Assembly: GCA_951406725.2 (NCBI GenBank)
Contig: OX597818.1
Location: forward strand, 43,338,001 to 43,402,000
Direction: 5' to 3'
DNA: 64,000 nucleotides
DNA from: Octopus vulgaris
Taxonomy: Eukaryota
Shown: positions 1 through 12,493 of the stretch, piece by piece
How the letters are laid out: each line of letters opens with the position of its first letter
Numbering within the stretch: position 1 is the stretch's first letter
The notes under the pieces: generated by a model
What the model saw: the letters and a program-made list of their open reading frames with translations, nothing else
Told to the model about the DNA's origin: nothing
The model's database searches: none
Made by a program: the position numbers and the translations under genes

Positions 1-740
1 TGATGATGAATAATTCTTATTAATTAAAACTACAAAATTATGATTGTTTTTTTTTCTTCTTTTTTTTTCTTTTCTTCTTTTCCTGTTCCATTTCAATAAA
101 ACAGCTCCCTTTACTTTGTTACGTATCAGAAATTAAACCACAGATGGGAAATTAAATATGGCTGGAGATAATGTTCTCTCAGTGGGTACAATCTGAAGTG
201 ATTCAAAACTTTCCCTGTCACAAAGTGTATAATTAATGTATAAGTATAATGCACTTAATGTATGATAGATATAAGTATTAATTAATACTTCATTTTAGGC
301 AACTAACCTCTTGTGCACACATTCATTTCATTAATTTGCAAGCACATGGCTTAAAGGGTAAGTGGATGGAAATTATTCAATCAGTTAAAATGCCAAACTG
401 GGTACTTCATTGTATTTAATTTAGGAGATCGCTATTTAAAGTGTTAACTACTTTGTTAGTTAAATTTGCCTTTCTCCAACCATTCCTTCCTACATATATA
501 ACATGTGCTTCTAATTTACTGCAAGCAGTTCATCAACTATAACTAAATGCCTTTAATTAGTATTGTGTGTAAATAATATTGATTTCTAATATAGGCGCAA
601 GGTCGCAAAAATTGAAGGAGAGATATAGTCATTTAAATTTATTTAACCAGTACTTGTTTTATCAACACCAAAAGGATAAAAAATAAAGTTGAAGTCAGAA
701 GGTAAAGTGACACAATTAAATAGCATAAAGCATTTTGTCC

Positions 741-1010
741 ATCATCATCATTGTTTAATGTCCCATGGGTGGGACGGTACCACAAGAGCCGACCAGGCCA
801 AGTCCTGTACCAGACTTTTGCGACTGTTTTGGCAGGATTTTTACAGCTAGATGCCCTTCCTAACACCAACCACTCAGCAGAATGGACTTAGTGCTTTTTA
901 TGTGGCACAAGCACAGGCGAGGTCAGTTTTGGAAAGGTTTTTTGCAGTTGGATGCCCTTCCGAACACCAACCACTTTACAGTGTGCTTTTAAGTGGCACT
1001 TGCACTGACA
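741..1010 (-). mobile_element. 3' end fragment of the (GAT)n-tailed RTE/RTEX LINE family
   Basis: (CAT)n followed by tttaatgtcc...gatgcccttcctaacaccaaccact. Same sequence as the LINE 3' region at 36085-36530. Confidence 0.7.
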
Positions 1011-1149
1011 GATCACCAAGTACTTGCCTGAACTAGCTATATGGTCCAATGCTGTAACTTTTCTATCAGGCACAAAGCCAAACGTTTTTAGAAAAAGTGC
1101 ATAATTTATGGCAGGATTTGGACTCAAAATTTAAAGAAACATAATTAAC

Positions 1150-1680
1150 GGCTACAAGACATCTGGCCAACATTCTGCTGCTTCTGCCACCAGCACCTTT
1201 AGGAAAGTGGAAAACCTCATGAGAAGTCCCAAGGCTTTCATGAAAATTGAAGAAAGATCTTCAATGAGTACATCCTGGCAGTAATGACATACAGCTGTGA
1301 AACATGGGCTCTCAACACTACCATCAGGAACGCCCTTATTGTAACTCACTGGAAAATGGAACAAATCATGCTTGGGCGACAGAAAACCAATACCTGGATT
1401 CAAGAGTCAATGACATCATAAGAACATCAAGAAGAACAGATATAGATGGACTAACCACATTATGCGACTGAAGGACAGCAAATAGACAACCAGGGTGATG
1501 GAGTGGACACCAAAGCAATGGACAAGACCAAAACGCCAACCAAAAACTAGATGGTGAAATGATCTCACCTCCTACTAGCTGGGTCCTACATGGCCACAAC
1601 TGGCAAGAGATAGAGGGCAGTGGAAGGAGTCCAAGGTGGGATTCCTCCTTCAGTAGTGATGAAACCCTAGATAAGGTGGA
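1150..1680 (+). mobile_element. Decayed RTE-clade LINE, C-terminal RT fragment
   Basis: Broken + frames read ...RWTNHIMRLKDSK*TTRVMEWTPKQWTRP...PKTRW, matching the RTE C-terminal W-x-GH / RP-x-RW motifs. Confidence 0.6.
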
Positions 1681-2722
1681 TAAGATAGTTAAGGATAAGA
1701 ATCTATAGGTTGTCCCTTGTGTTGAATATTATTTTATTTATTCTTCGGGGCATAATCTTTAGGGAAATGTAGAAGTGTCCTACTCAAAGTCATATAGCAA
1801 ATTTGAACTGCTTGCCATTTCAATATCTTATCTACTTTCACATTTACATTATAAAGCTACATTCTACTGCATTACATAATACTATATTGATAGAATTATT
1901 GCAAACACATAAAAGGATTTTAGTATTATTTTTAACTACAAATATCAATAAATTGATAAATACTTTTCAAATAAAGAATTTGAATAAATTCATGTTGCAA
2001 TAAATATTTTATTTTATTGCATCTAAAATTGCTTGGTTTCCTCATCTCATAACTAGAGTAGCACATTTATAACTGCCTGTATATTGAAATAGCTCTGTGG
2101 TGTCATGAAAGACTGGATGTTTGGATTTGTTTGAACTATATTCCTAACACTGACATACTTGACTTATATGTCTGATTTCTTCCTCTCTTTCGAGATTTTC
2201 TGACAAGTTGTAATGCTTCTGAACACTGTATACAATAAGCTCATTATTATATTATGTTATTAGCACACCAGGCAAAATGCTTAGCAGCATTTTGTCTGTT
2301 ATTTCATTCCGAGTTTAAATTCCACCGAGGTCAACTTTGCCTTTCATCCTTTCATCCGATAAAATAAATACCAGTTGAACACTGGGATCAATGTAACTGA
2401 CTTACTCCCTCCCACGAAATTGCTGGTCTTGTGCCAGAATTTGAAACCATTATTATAGTACGTTATATCATTATATATTAATTATCTCTAGACTGTTTTA
2501 TTTCAGTTCAGCTTGAGCCTCTGCAATGTTAAAATACAATTTTCTTTTACCTGTTGAAATATGGTGAGACATTTAAGGGTACATTGTCCACCATCCAACC
2601 ATCTCAACCAGCCAATTTGAGAAATACAAAACCATTATTGTATCTCTTAATAAAACAAATGTTTTATAAGAAACATATATCTAACAAAATTTGTTTTTAG
2701 AAACTCTATCTTACTAATACTC

Positions 2723-2960
2723 AGTGGAGGCACATGATGTAGTGGTTAGGGTGTTGGGATCATGATTGTAAGATTGTGGATTCAATTCCTGGACCTGGTA
2801 ATGCAGTATGTCCTTGAGCAAAATACTTCATTTAATGTTGCTCCAGTCCACTCAGCTGGTAGAAATGAGTAATCCTGCAACAGACCGGCATCCCATCCAG
2901 GGAGCAGTATATATATCAGAGAAACCAGGAAACTGACCCTATGCTCCTTATGGAGCAATG
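2723..2960 (+). mobile_element. tRNA-derived SINE family D (diverged copy)
   Basis: tRNA-like head (gtggttag...ggattcaattcc) followed by ccttgagcaa...gttgctccagtccactcagctg, shared with 24940-25210. Confidence 0.6.
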
Positions 2961-2999
2961 TGGACTAACCATAACCACTAATAATTATAAATAATTATA

Positions 3000-3393
3000 G
3001 GCACAGGAGTGTGTGGTAAGTAGCTTGCTTACCAACCACATGATTCTGGGTTCATTCCCACTGCGTGGCACTTTGGGCAAGTGTCTTCTACTATAGCCTT
3101 GGGCCGACCAAAGCCTTATGAGTGGATTCGGTAGACAGAAACTGAAAGAAGCTCGTCGTATATATGTATGTGTGTGTATATGTTTGTGTGTCTGTGTTTG
3201 TCCCCCAACATTGTTTGACAACCAATGGTGGTGTATTTATGTTCCCATAACTTAGCGGTTCAGCAAAACAGACCAATAGAATAAGTACTAGGCTTACAAA
3301 GAATAAGTTCTGGAGTCGTTTTGCTCGACTAAAGGCGGTGCTCCAGCATGGCTGCAGTCAAATGACTGAAACAAATAAAAGAGTAAAAAAGTA
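3000..3393 (+). mobile_element. tRNA-derived SINE family A (~390 bp, AAAGAGT-type tail)
   Basis: A-box/B-box-like head (gtgtggtaag...gggttcattccc), CORE-like ttgggcaagtgtcttctact and an internal (TG)n. Many near-identical copies in the window. Confidence 0.85.
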
Positions 3394-4651
3394 AATTGTT
3401 CATTGTATCTGTTTTGTATTACTCCTTTTCAAATATAATAGAATGTGCTCATTTCAAACTTATTCTATACATGTATCTCTTGTCCTCTCTTCAAATTCAT
3501 TCTATCTTATTTTACAGGCCCTATATTAAATATTTTATCCTTATTAAATATTTTATCCTTTTGTCCTACTTCTTCCTACACTAGAATATTTTTTGGCTGA
3601 ATATTTTTGAAATTGTAGCAGGACTTGCAACATATCTCTTCACACTTGTTAATTAGCAAGAAAAAATGTATGTGATAAAAATACAAATGTCCTTCACCTC
3701 TTTGGCTAGTCAATAATAGTAAATCTTCATAAACACATTGTCACAAAACTTGCATGAGTAAATAAATCAATTATGATAATGCGAGTTAGAAGAAAACGCA
3801 TCCAATTTTCTTTCCAATGCAAGGTTGGCTCTGGTACAAGTTTTACTAAATAGCCTGTGTATATATTAGCATCACCATAATTTTAACGTTCAGCTTTCCA
3901 TGCTAACATGGATCAGACAAAATTCATTGAGGTAGATTTTTGTATAGCCTGATGCCCTTCCTGTCACTAAGCATCATTTGTTTCCAACTGCAGTAATTTT
4001 TCTCTTGGTTGTTTAAACACAAACAGCGCAATGGCTAGCCATGGTTTCACAGGAAATTGCAAACAACACTACTTGTATGGTTGTAGCAACTTATGTGTAA
4101 TCTCAATCAGTAGCATATCAGTGTTGGTGAGCATGTTAATCTGAGCAAGATTAAGATGATTAGCAACTACTTGAAAAGTCTTCTAGTAATCTTTATTTGT
4201 TTATTCTAAAGTTGAGTTCTTCCCAGACTAATAACATTGAGGCAGATGATGTTCAGCTTGAATTTGTGCTGAGTGGCAACTGTGAGGAAAATTAGTTGAG
4301 ATTGAGCAGGGAAGTTGGATAAGGTTTTAGTTCTAGAAAGGAAATATCAGACAAAATGTTTAGTTTATAAATGAAAGACGATGACGACATCATCATCATC
4401 ATCATCATCATTTAATGTCCATTTTCTATGCTGCTATGGGTTGGATGGTTTGATAAGAGCTGACAAGTCAAAAGATTGCCTCAAGCTCTATCTGCTTTGT
4501 CTTGGTTGCTCTGGCCAGATGCCCTTCCTAATGCCTACAACTTTACAAAATGTAATGGTAATGGGTGCTTTTTGTGTAGCCCCAGCACCAGTGAGGTCAC
4601 TTAGTAATTGAGGGGAGTAGTATTAGGGGAGGCGTCTATGTGTCAGGTGAT

Positions 4652-4887
4652 AAGGTGGCGAGCTAGCAGAATCGTTAGCACGCCAGGCAAAATGCGTAGC
4701 CATATTTCATCTGCCGTTACGTTCTGAGTTCAAATTCCGTTGAGGTTGACTTTGCTTTTCATCTTTTTGGGGTCAATAAATTAAGTACCAGTTACGCACT
4801 GGGGTCGATGTAATCAACTTAATACCTATGTCTGTCCTTGTTTGTCCCTTCTATGTTTGGCCCCTTGTGACTAATAAAGAAATAGGT
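4652..4887 (+). mobile_element. SINE family B (~230 bp) with Meta/Nin-like central domain
   Basis: aaggtggcgagctagcagaa...gactttgcttttcatc...gggtcaataaattaagtaccag...aagaaatagg. Other copies lie near 2260, 8320, 8557, 16091, 17575, 18765, 39595, 47226, 51957 and 53690. Confidence 0.8.
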
Positions 4888-5749
4888 GATGAGAGGTTAG
4901 AGTATGTATAGAGAGATAGGAATAGGTACCTTGCAGTAGAGAAGATATGTAGGTATCTCAGATGGAGGGAGAGAGAGAGAGAGATGATGACGATTTATAG
5001 GAAGGTTTCTTCAAGTTCCAAACGACATCAAACCTAGGAATGGATAAGGTGAGTGGGTGGGTAAATTCGCAAGACTCTGAAAGGACAGTTGGAGCGGGAA
5101 GGGGGAGGACTGTAGTGAGTGGACACAAGCAGAAGGAAAGACTGTGGATAACAAGAGGAAGAGAAACGAGTCTACCAGGTGGTCTTGGGCTAAAACAGTA
5201 TAAACTTGTTAATTCAAGGAAGTGGGAATAGGAGTAATAGTACACCTGTAGGCCAGTAGTTGTAACATTTGTTAAATAAACCTTGTTAATCAACTGGAAG
5301 GTCTCATTTTGATGTGGTCAAGAATGTATGTGTATGAACTGCACCAGCCTTGATATATGATTATTCTGCCTAGGTGAGTCAGACCTGGACTTTTTAAGGG
5401 GATTGGTAACTGTTCAGAATAAAGAGTTTAAGTGATATTCAACCACAAAGATATTTTTGTTGCATCTTAATAATAGTGTAAGATTTGTTGATTATTCTGA
5501 AAAGGAAAAAAAGAAATCAAAAGTCTCTGTAATTGATGTGAAGAAAGGTGCAAAAAAAAAATCCCAATGAAAATATGATTAAGTGAGCAAGAGAACCAAC
5601 TAACACACACATATAAACACATACATATACACACACACAGATGATATATTTAGTAACTACCAGTAAATTTATGCTGAATCCATATATCAGAGTTTTCACA
5701 TATCCCTGCATCACTACAAGTGTCTGTTGAGCCTTTTCATGTTTTCTCA

Positions 5750-5800
5750 CACATACACATATATGAATATATATATATATATGTATATATAAGGATCAAT

Positions 5801-5881
<81 letters not shown>

Positions 5882-5890
5882 TATATAGAT

Positions 5891-5922
<32 letters not shown>

Positions 5923-6005
5923 ACACACATATATATATATTTATATATATGTATATAAATAAAGATATAGATATACACACACACTCATACATATATACAC
6001 ACATA
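5750..6005. repeat. Compound (TA)n/(CA)n microsatellite, representative of many others (e.g. 6615, 6840, 11098 (ATT)n, 22620, 32545, 42604, 45394 (CT)n, 49590, 51170-51340, 61015)
   Basis: Directly visible simple repeats. Confidence 0.95.
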
Positions 6006-6016
6006 CTCTGTTTCAG

Positions 6017-6140
6017 AAAGCCATTATCCAAGCTGCAACAATGTTAAAAGAATTCTATCCATACCATGTACTTCGACGTTTGCCAATATCTGAGCAAGAA
6101 TTCTGGGAAAAACAACAGCTGGAGGTAAATGATTGGAAAG
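6017..6140 (+). CDS. Internal coding exon A of an unidentified multi-exon gene ([42 protein letters not shown])
   Basis: Acceptor tctgtttcag at 6016 and strong donor AG|gtgagt at 6141. Open frame, phase 0 to phase 1, which joins exon B in frame. Confidence 0.85.
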
Positions 6141-6611
6141 GTGAGTACCAGTTACTATGTTACCCTAAAGGGATACACTTGAGATTGATTTCTTGGTTTC
6201 ATGTAACAGAGGAAACTTTAATCAATCAGGAGAAATATAACATAATGTTGTCGTCATTTTCTTTGTTGTCTTCCATGTTCTTTTCCTTCTTTTACTGCTG
6301 TTTTATTTTTTTTTGTTATTCAGTTCCCTAGTTGTTTTTTTCTTCTCTCCCTCCATGCCCCCTCTTCCGCCATCCCCTTCGCTATTCCTCCTCCGCTTTT
6401 CTTGCTTCTTCAAAGAAGGAGAGAAATACATTCATTCTTTATCAATTTTAAACAGCAGATGCTATTCTTTACTTTTTGATTTCAAATCTCACCAAATCAA
6501 CATTGCTATTTTCCTCTCCAAGTTCAGTAACAGTGAAGGTTTTGTGTCTATGTTTGAAGTCCAAAGCACATTGTGAATAAAAGACAGAAAATTGACGCAG
6601 AATGTGGACAA

Positions 6612-6675
<64 letters not shown>

Positions 6676-6833
6676 TAATCCAAACAAGAAAACACAGAAA
6701 AAAAGAGAAAAAAAACACAGCAAATGTTAACTTATTTATTTATTAAACTGATAATTATAATAACATACATACATATACCATATTCTTCTATGCATACAAG
6801 ATAAGGATACCAGTAATTATTAAAGAAACATGA

Positions 6834-6898
<65 letters not shown>

Positions 6899-8771
6899 CA
6901 ATAAATTAAATAGAGAGATACAAATGACAATCCAATAAGTTATTTATATTATAATATAACATAATATACTATGAATATCAGATAATGTTATGTTATCTTA
7001 TTTTGTTTTTGGATTTGATTTGTAAGATTCTTTTTGTGAGTTCGTGTGTTGAAGCATATTTTGTTATATCTGGGAAGAGCGATTCTCTTTTAGTGCCTTA
7101 TTATTTAACACACTGTGTTAAATAATAAGGCACTAAAAAAGAATGACTCCCTCCAGACACAACAAAATATGTTATATTATAATATTATTAAATTATTGGG
7201 TTGTCATTTGTATCTCTATTTAATTCATTGTTTGCAATTTGCATTACACTCATTATTTATGTGGTATTCAACCAACGTACCAGTGAATTGTATGTTTTAC
7301 ACACCCCTTTGAAGGAATTTTTTCCTTTGTTTGTTACCTTATATATTTACATGTATTATTTAATGAACATAATATATATTTTTATGAACTATAATAGTTT
7401 CATGTGAGGAAAACAAACACAGACAGCATTTTATAAAACATCTGGTGCCTTTATGCAATCTTCAGTACTTTTTTTGTTGATCTTACCTTCACAGAATACT
7501 ATACTATATATAGGTGTTATTTGAATATCTTTAGCTTACCTCTCACTCCTACAAAATTCAGGTTTAAAATCTCATCGAAAGTCCATGAGCTCTATTTATA
7601 ATATTCACTGTTGTTGTTGAGACCAGCTATCCACATGAAAGTGTCAACCACTGATTCCATGCAACCATTCTAAAGAACTTCATAATGTGTCTGTTACGCA
7701 CACACACACACATATAGATATAAATTGAATTAAATTCAGGTTTTAAAAAGTTATAATAAAGATAAGTATAAAGGTTACCATCAATAACCAACAACCATTT
7801 AATCAAGTGGAAAAGAGTTCATTGAGCAGATCTTTTTGATTCAATCATTCATGTACAATAGTTTTCATCAAAGAGGAGCAACTATTAAGCTGTCAGGTTT
7901 AATTTTATCATCATTAAAACCAGTTGACTTATGTTCTAACTTCCTTCATCCTTTCATAATCTACTACTCTGGCTGTTGCGAACTGATGGAGATAATGGTT
8001 TAAAATCAGACTATGTTGTTGATGGTTCATTGAAAAGTCAAAAGAAATGTAAGGAAATCGGTGTTCTTCAATGTCAGCTATAATTCTGGAAACAATATTA
8101 AAACTAAAGTATAGGATTTATGGAAAATTAATCCTAAATTATGTGCTAAGTTCACTCTCTATATGATTGCAGCACTTTGAAAATGATTGAATAGTAGTTA
8201 GCTAAACTCTTACTGAATTGATATTAAATGTATTCGAAAGAAAATTTAGGACACAATTGTTTATATTGTAATATTGTATATTATATATAATAATATTATA
8301 ATATTATATACAGTTCAAGACAACAAGCTAGCAGAATTGCTAGCATGCCAGGCAAAATGCTTAACAGCATTTCACCCTGTCCTTACATTCTGGGTTCAAA
8401 TTCTGTTGAGATTGACTTTGCCTTCATCCTTTCAGGTCGATAAGTACCAGTTGAACACTGGAGTCAATGGTCTCAACTTATCTCCGCGCCCCTCCCAAAA
8501 ATTGCTGGCCTTGTGCCAAAATTTGAAACCAATATTATAATATTACATATGGTTCAAGGTGGCAAACTGGTAGAATTGTTAGCATGCCAGACAAAATGCT
8601 TAGCAGTATTTCGTCTGTCTTTACATTCTGAGTTCAAATTCCACTGGAGTTGATAAAATAAGTACCAGTTGAACACTGAGGTTGATGTAATTGACTTATC
8701 TCCTTCCCTGAAATTATTGGTCTTGTGCCAAAATTTGAAATCAATATTATATATTATAATATGACATTATA

Positions 8772-9337
8772 TTGGGTTGTCCGGAAAGTTTGTGCTGATT
8801 TTTAAAGGAAAGAAAAAGGTCAATAAGTATTTGCCATTACATTTTTAATCAACCAAATATGAACCATTTTGTTGCATAATGCGTCTCCATCTTTCCTTTA
8901 ACGTGAAAATACCCTCTCCCCAGAATTGAGGTGGTTTCATGACAAAGAATTCACCAAGGTATCTTTTTACGTCATCCAAGGTATTGAAATTTTTACCATT
9001 AAGACTATTCTGCAGAGACCTGAATAAGTGGAAATCCAAAGGAGCAATATTTTATGAATATGGAGGGTGGGGTAATACATCCCAGCCGAGCTGCAGCAAT
9101 TTTTGTCTGGTTCTCAAAGCATCAAGTGCCGAAAATGAACTCTCTTATCTTCCATTTTAAAGGGTTACAGAATTAACACAGGTTATAGGAACATAAACCT
9201 TCTTCCATGAAAAGATAGCTTAAACTGTGGTCTAAATGAAGGTGTAGTCAAATCCTATTTTATGGACTCAACCATGTTCTAAAATAAGTCGAAAGGTAAG
9301 CTACTATAAATCGGCACGAACTTTCCGGACAACCCTA
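8772..9337 (-). mobile_element. Non-autonomous, internally deleted mariner (Mos1/SETMAR-like), 566 bp
   Basis: TIRs ttgggttgtccggaaagtt / aactttccggacaaccc with TA on both sides. Remnant ORF ...DFHLFRSLQNSLNGKNF...FWGEGIFTLKERWRRIMQQNGSY is the mariner transposase C-terminus. Confidence 0.9.
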
Positions 9338-9637
9338 TAATAAAGCATACTATATAGTCCTAATATTGATATTAAGCTCAACTTTTTTTTAGAGATATTA
9401 ACCAATGTCCACTGCTTCATATGCTTAACATACTAACAATGTTTCTCAGATCTTTATGCCTACCATACTAACAAAGGTTTCATTAGTAAGATATTTTTCT
9501 TATATGAAATCAATCTGAAGCAAGTAAGCTAACTTTTATCATACATTTGTCATATAGATAAAAAGCATTACTAGTTTTTTTTTTGTTTTTTTTTATCTTT
9601 GTGTAAACACTTTTTTTTTTTTGATCTTATTTATCAG

Positions 9638-9723
9638 GTTTAGCTTGCAAGAAACTCACAGAAATTTTTTCAAAAAATTTCCTGGTTCCTTTAGAAGAAA
9701 CTGATAACCATTTTGAACTAAAG
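9638..9723 (+). CDS. Coding exon B (LACKKLTEIFSKNFLVPLEETDNHFELK)
   Basis: Poly-T tract plus ttatcag acceptor and AAG|gtaaga donor. 86 nt, phase 1 to phase 0, consistent with both neighbours. Confidence 0.85.
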
Positions 9724-10004
9724 GTAAGACTATAGAAGAATAAATTATCTGATTAATCATCATCATCATCATCATAATCATTTAATGTCTATTTTCCATG
9801 CTGGCATGAGTTGGATAGTTTGACAGGGGCTGGCAAGGCTGGAGACTGCACTAGGCACCATTGTCTGTTCTGGCATGGTTTCTACATCCTGATGCCCTTC
9901 TTAATGTCAACCACTTTACAGATTGTACAGAGAAGCACCAGCACCAAAACAGAAAATATCAAATTACAATCTTGAACAGTGTTTTATAGCATTTTACTTC
10001 CTGT

Positions 10005-10690
10005 AGGTGCAGGCATGGCTGTGTGGTAAAAAGTTTGCTTCCCAACCATATGGTTTCAAGTTCAAAGCTTTTTGAGTGGATTTGGTAGACAGCCACTGAA
10101 AGAAGCCCATTGTATATTTGTGTGTGTGTATATGTATATATATATATCACGTGACCGACCAAACCATCAGATGTTGTTACACATCGCTGGTCGAAATGCA
10201 TTCGCATTGGTTTTAGCCTTCGAATGATGCCACCCCGCTGGCTAAGCGAGCAGGCCAACAGAAGAAAGAGTGGTGAAAGAGTACAGCAGGGATCACCCCC
10301 TGCCGGAGCCTCGTGGAGCTTTTTAAGCGTTTTCGCTCAATAAACACTCACAACGATCTGGTCTGGGAATCAAAACTGCGATCCTATGACCGCAAGTCCG
10401 CTGCCCTAACCACTGGACCATTGCGCCTCCACCATATATATATATGTGTGTGTGTGTGTGTGTATGTATGTACTTTTGTATTTGTGTTTGTCCCCTCACC
10501 TCTTAACAACCAGTGTTGCTTTGTTTATGTCCCTGTAACTTAGCAGTTCAATAAAAGTGATTTATACGATAAATACCAGACTTAAAAAGGAAAAATAAGT
10601 ACAGGGTATCGATTTGTCCAATCAAAACCCTTTAAAGCAATGCCCCAGCATGACCACAGTTCACTGACTGAAGTTAGTAAGAGATAAATA
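10005..10690 (+). mobile_element. SINE family A copy with a SINE family C copy (10147-10432, minus strand) nested in its microsatellite
   Basis: Family A head at 10005 and tail near 10680. The inserted segment matches 42296-42604. Confidence 0.75.
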
Positions 10691-11095
10691 GAAAACACCT
10701 CCACTGCATTCAATGAGAAATACTCAGATATTGAATTGAGCTGATTTATTCATCTTACCTGTTCAAATATTGAGTAAGGCTTACACTTCTCCTGGTCCAC
10801 TTTAAACTGAGACTTAGAAATGAATTCAAGACAACCTAGTTTGCTACTGGAGCTCAAATAACACATATGCAAAGTATGTGAGAGAAAGAGAAACAGGCAA
10901 GAGAGAGGAAGGTGCATGTGTGTGTGAGAGATAGTAATTTATCAAACTATTCTATTCTGTTGTCACAGAACAAAGTATTATTTTGATAAATGTCTTTGTT
11001 TCACATAAAAAACTATAAACATCACACTCTTCCAAATAGGCAGTGATTATGCCCATAGATAAAGCACTTTGCCTTACATACTTTTCTCTAATGAG

Positions 11096-11148
<53 letters not shown>

Positions 11149-11864
11149 TCTATTACATTATCATAATTCTCTCCAGTTTTGATGTTCTACTTGGTTATCT
11201 ATGTCTCAGCTCCAGCTTCTTTCCTTAGAGAGGCAACACTTTCGTCATCACATGCATTGTTCCAAGTATTATATTAATAAGTATTATTGTTGTTGTTGTT
11301 GTATTTCCTGACAGTTGATACTATAAAGAACAATGACTGCTCAACATCATGCCCCTAAGTATGAAAATATACACTGTTAGATTTGTTGCAATATGTATGT
11401 ACGTATGTATGTATGTATGTATATCATCATCATCATTTTAACATCCATTGTCCATGCTGGTATGGGTTAGACGGTTTGACCAGGGCTGGTAAACTGAGGG
11501 GCTACACACACACACACACATATATATATATATTTATTCATGTGTGTGTGTGTATACATACATACATAGACGTCAAATGATGATGATATATATATATATA
11601 TATATATATATATCATCATCATCATCATCATTGTTTAATGTCCAGTTTCCATGCTAGCATGGGCTGGACAATTTGACTGAGGACTGGCGAACCAGAGGCT
11701 GCACCAGGCTCCAATCTGATCTGGTAATCTTAGAGGGAAAATATGAATTCATTCGTCTATATGGATTTGGTTTGTGCTGACTATCTCCTGCTATCTCCGA
11801 TGGCGTGGGATCGGGATGCAAGAGGTAGGCAAATAGCATTTGCAAATCTATAACTTAATGGAAT

Positions 11865-11923
11865 GTTGTGCTGAAGACAGGAATGAGTTCTTCATAATTC
11901 TAACCCAGAAACGCATCCACAAC
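11865..11923 (+). ncRNA. Degenerate minimal type I hammerhead ribozyme motif, probably in a Penelope-like LTR remnant (~11728-12090)
   Basis: GTTGTG-CTGAAGA-[30 nt]-GAAA-CGCA-TC-CACAAC: perfect 6-bp stem I and intact CUGANGA and GAAA boxes. Stem II is poorly paired. Confidence 0.55.
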
Positions 11924-12091
11924 TAACCGAAGACAGTTTGTTTTTGTTATTTTTCCTTCCTTTCGCGTATGTGAGTTACAAGTAAATGTTATATGTGGAG
12001 CTATATTTGTAGAAAATAGGAATAAGCTGTTTTTGACTACTATTTCTAAATTTTCGGTATGTGGCTAAGCAACTTGTTGCTTAACCCCATA

Positions 12092-12147
<56 letters not shown>

Positions 12148-12457
12148 TATATATATATACATATATATGAAGGAGTATTAGAATTTGCTTGAAACATTGC
12201 AATGTCTGCAAAAGAGATGTTTGAAAAAAAGCCTTTGAGCAATGCATGTGAGGATTTAGATGAAATATGTTAGATGAAAGATGATGGCAATAAATGGAAA
12301 CAAAGGGAAAAGATATTTGTATTACCTTACATAGGTTGTTTAATGATCCGATAACATTTTCAGAAAAATTCCCCATTACGAATAAAAGAAGGAATATATA
12401 TCAAAGGATTTGGAGAAATGCATTGTTACTGGCAGGCCATTTTGTGTGTTGTGCCCA

Positions 12458-12493
<36 letters not shown>

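Noticed and set aside
2985-3276. Recurrent short ORFs such as MPKVPRSGTEP and LQLDALPNANH
   Set aside because: They come from SINE A and the LINE 3' UTR repeat and recur wherever those repeats occur.
5720-6031. Overlapping YI/CV/HT-rich ORFs here and at 22519-22988, 42501-42764, 49491-49906, 51094-51351 and 60894-61338
   Set aside because: They are translations of (TA)n, (TG)n and (GATA)n microsatellites.
6041-6331. Track ORF as a stand-alone 96-aa gene, and an alternative donor at 6125 (GAG|gtaaat)
   Set aside because: Only 6017-6140 is exonic. The 6125 donor is phase 0 and cannot join phase-1 exon B, whereas the stronger 6141 donor can.
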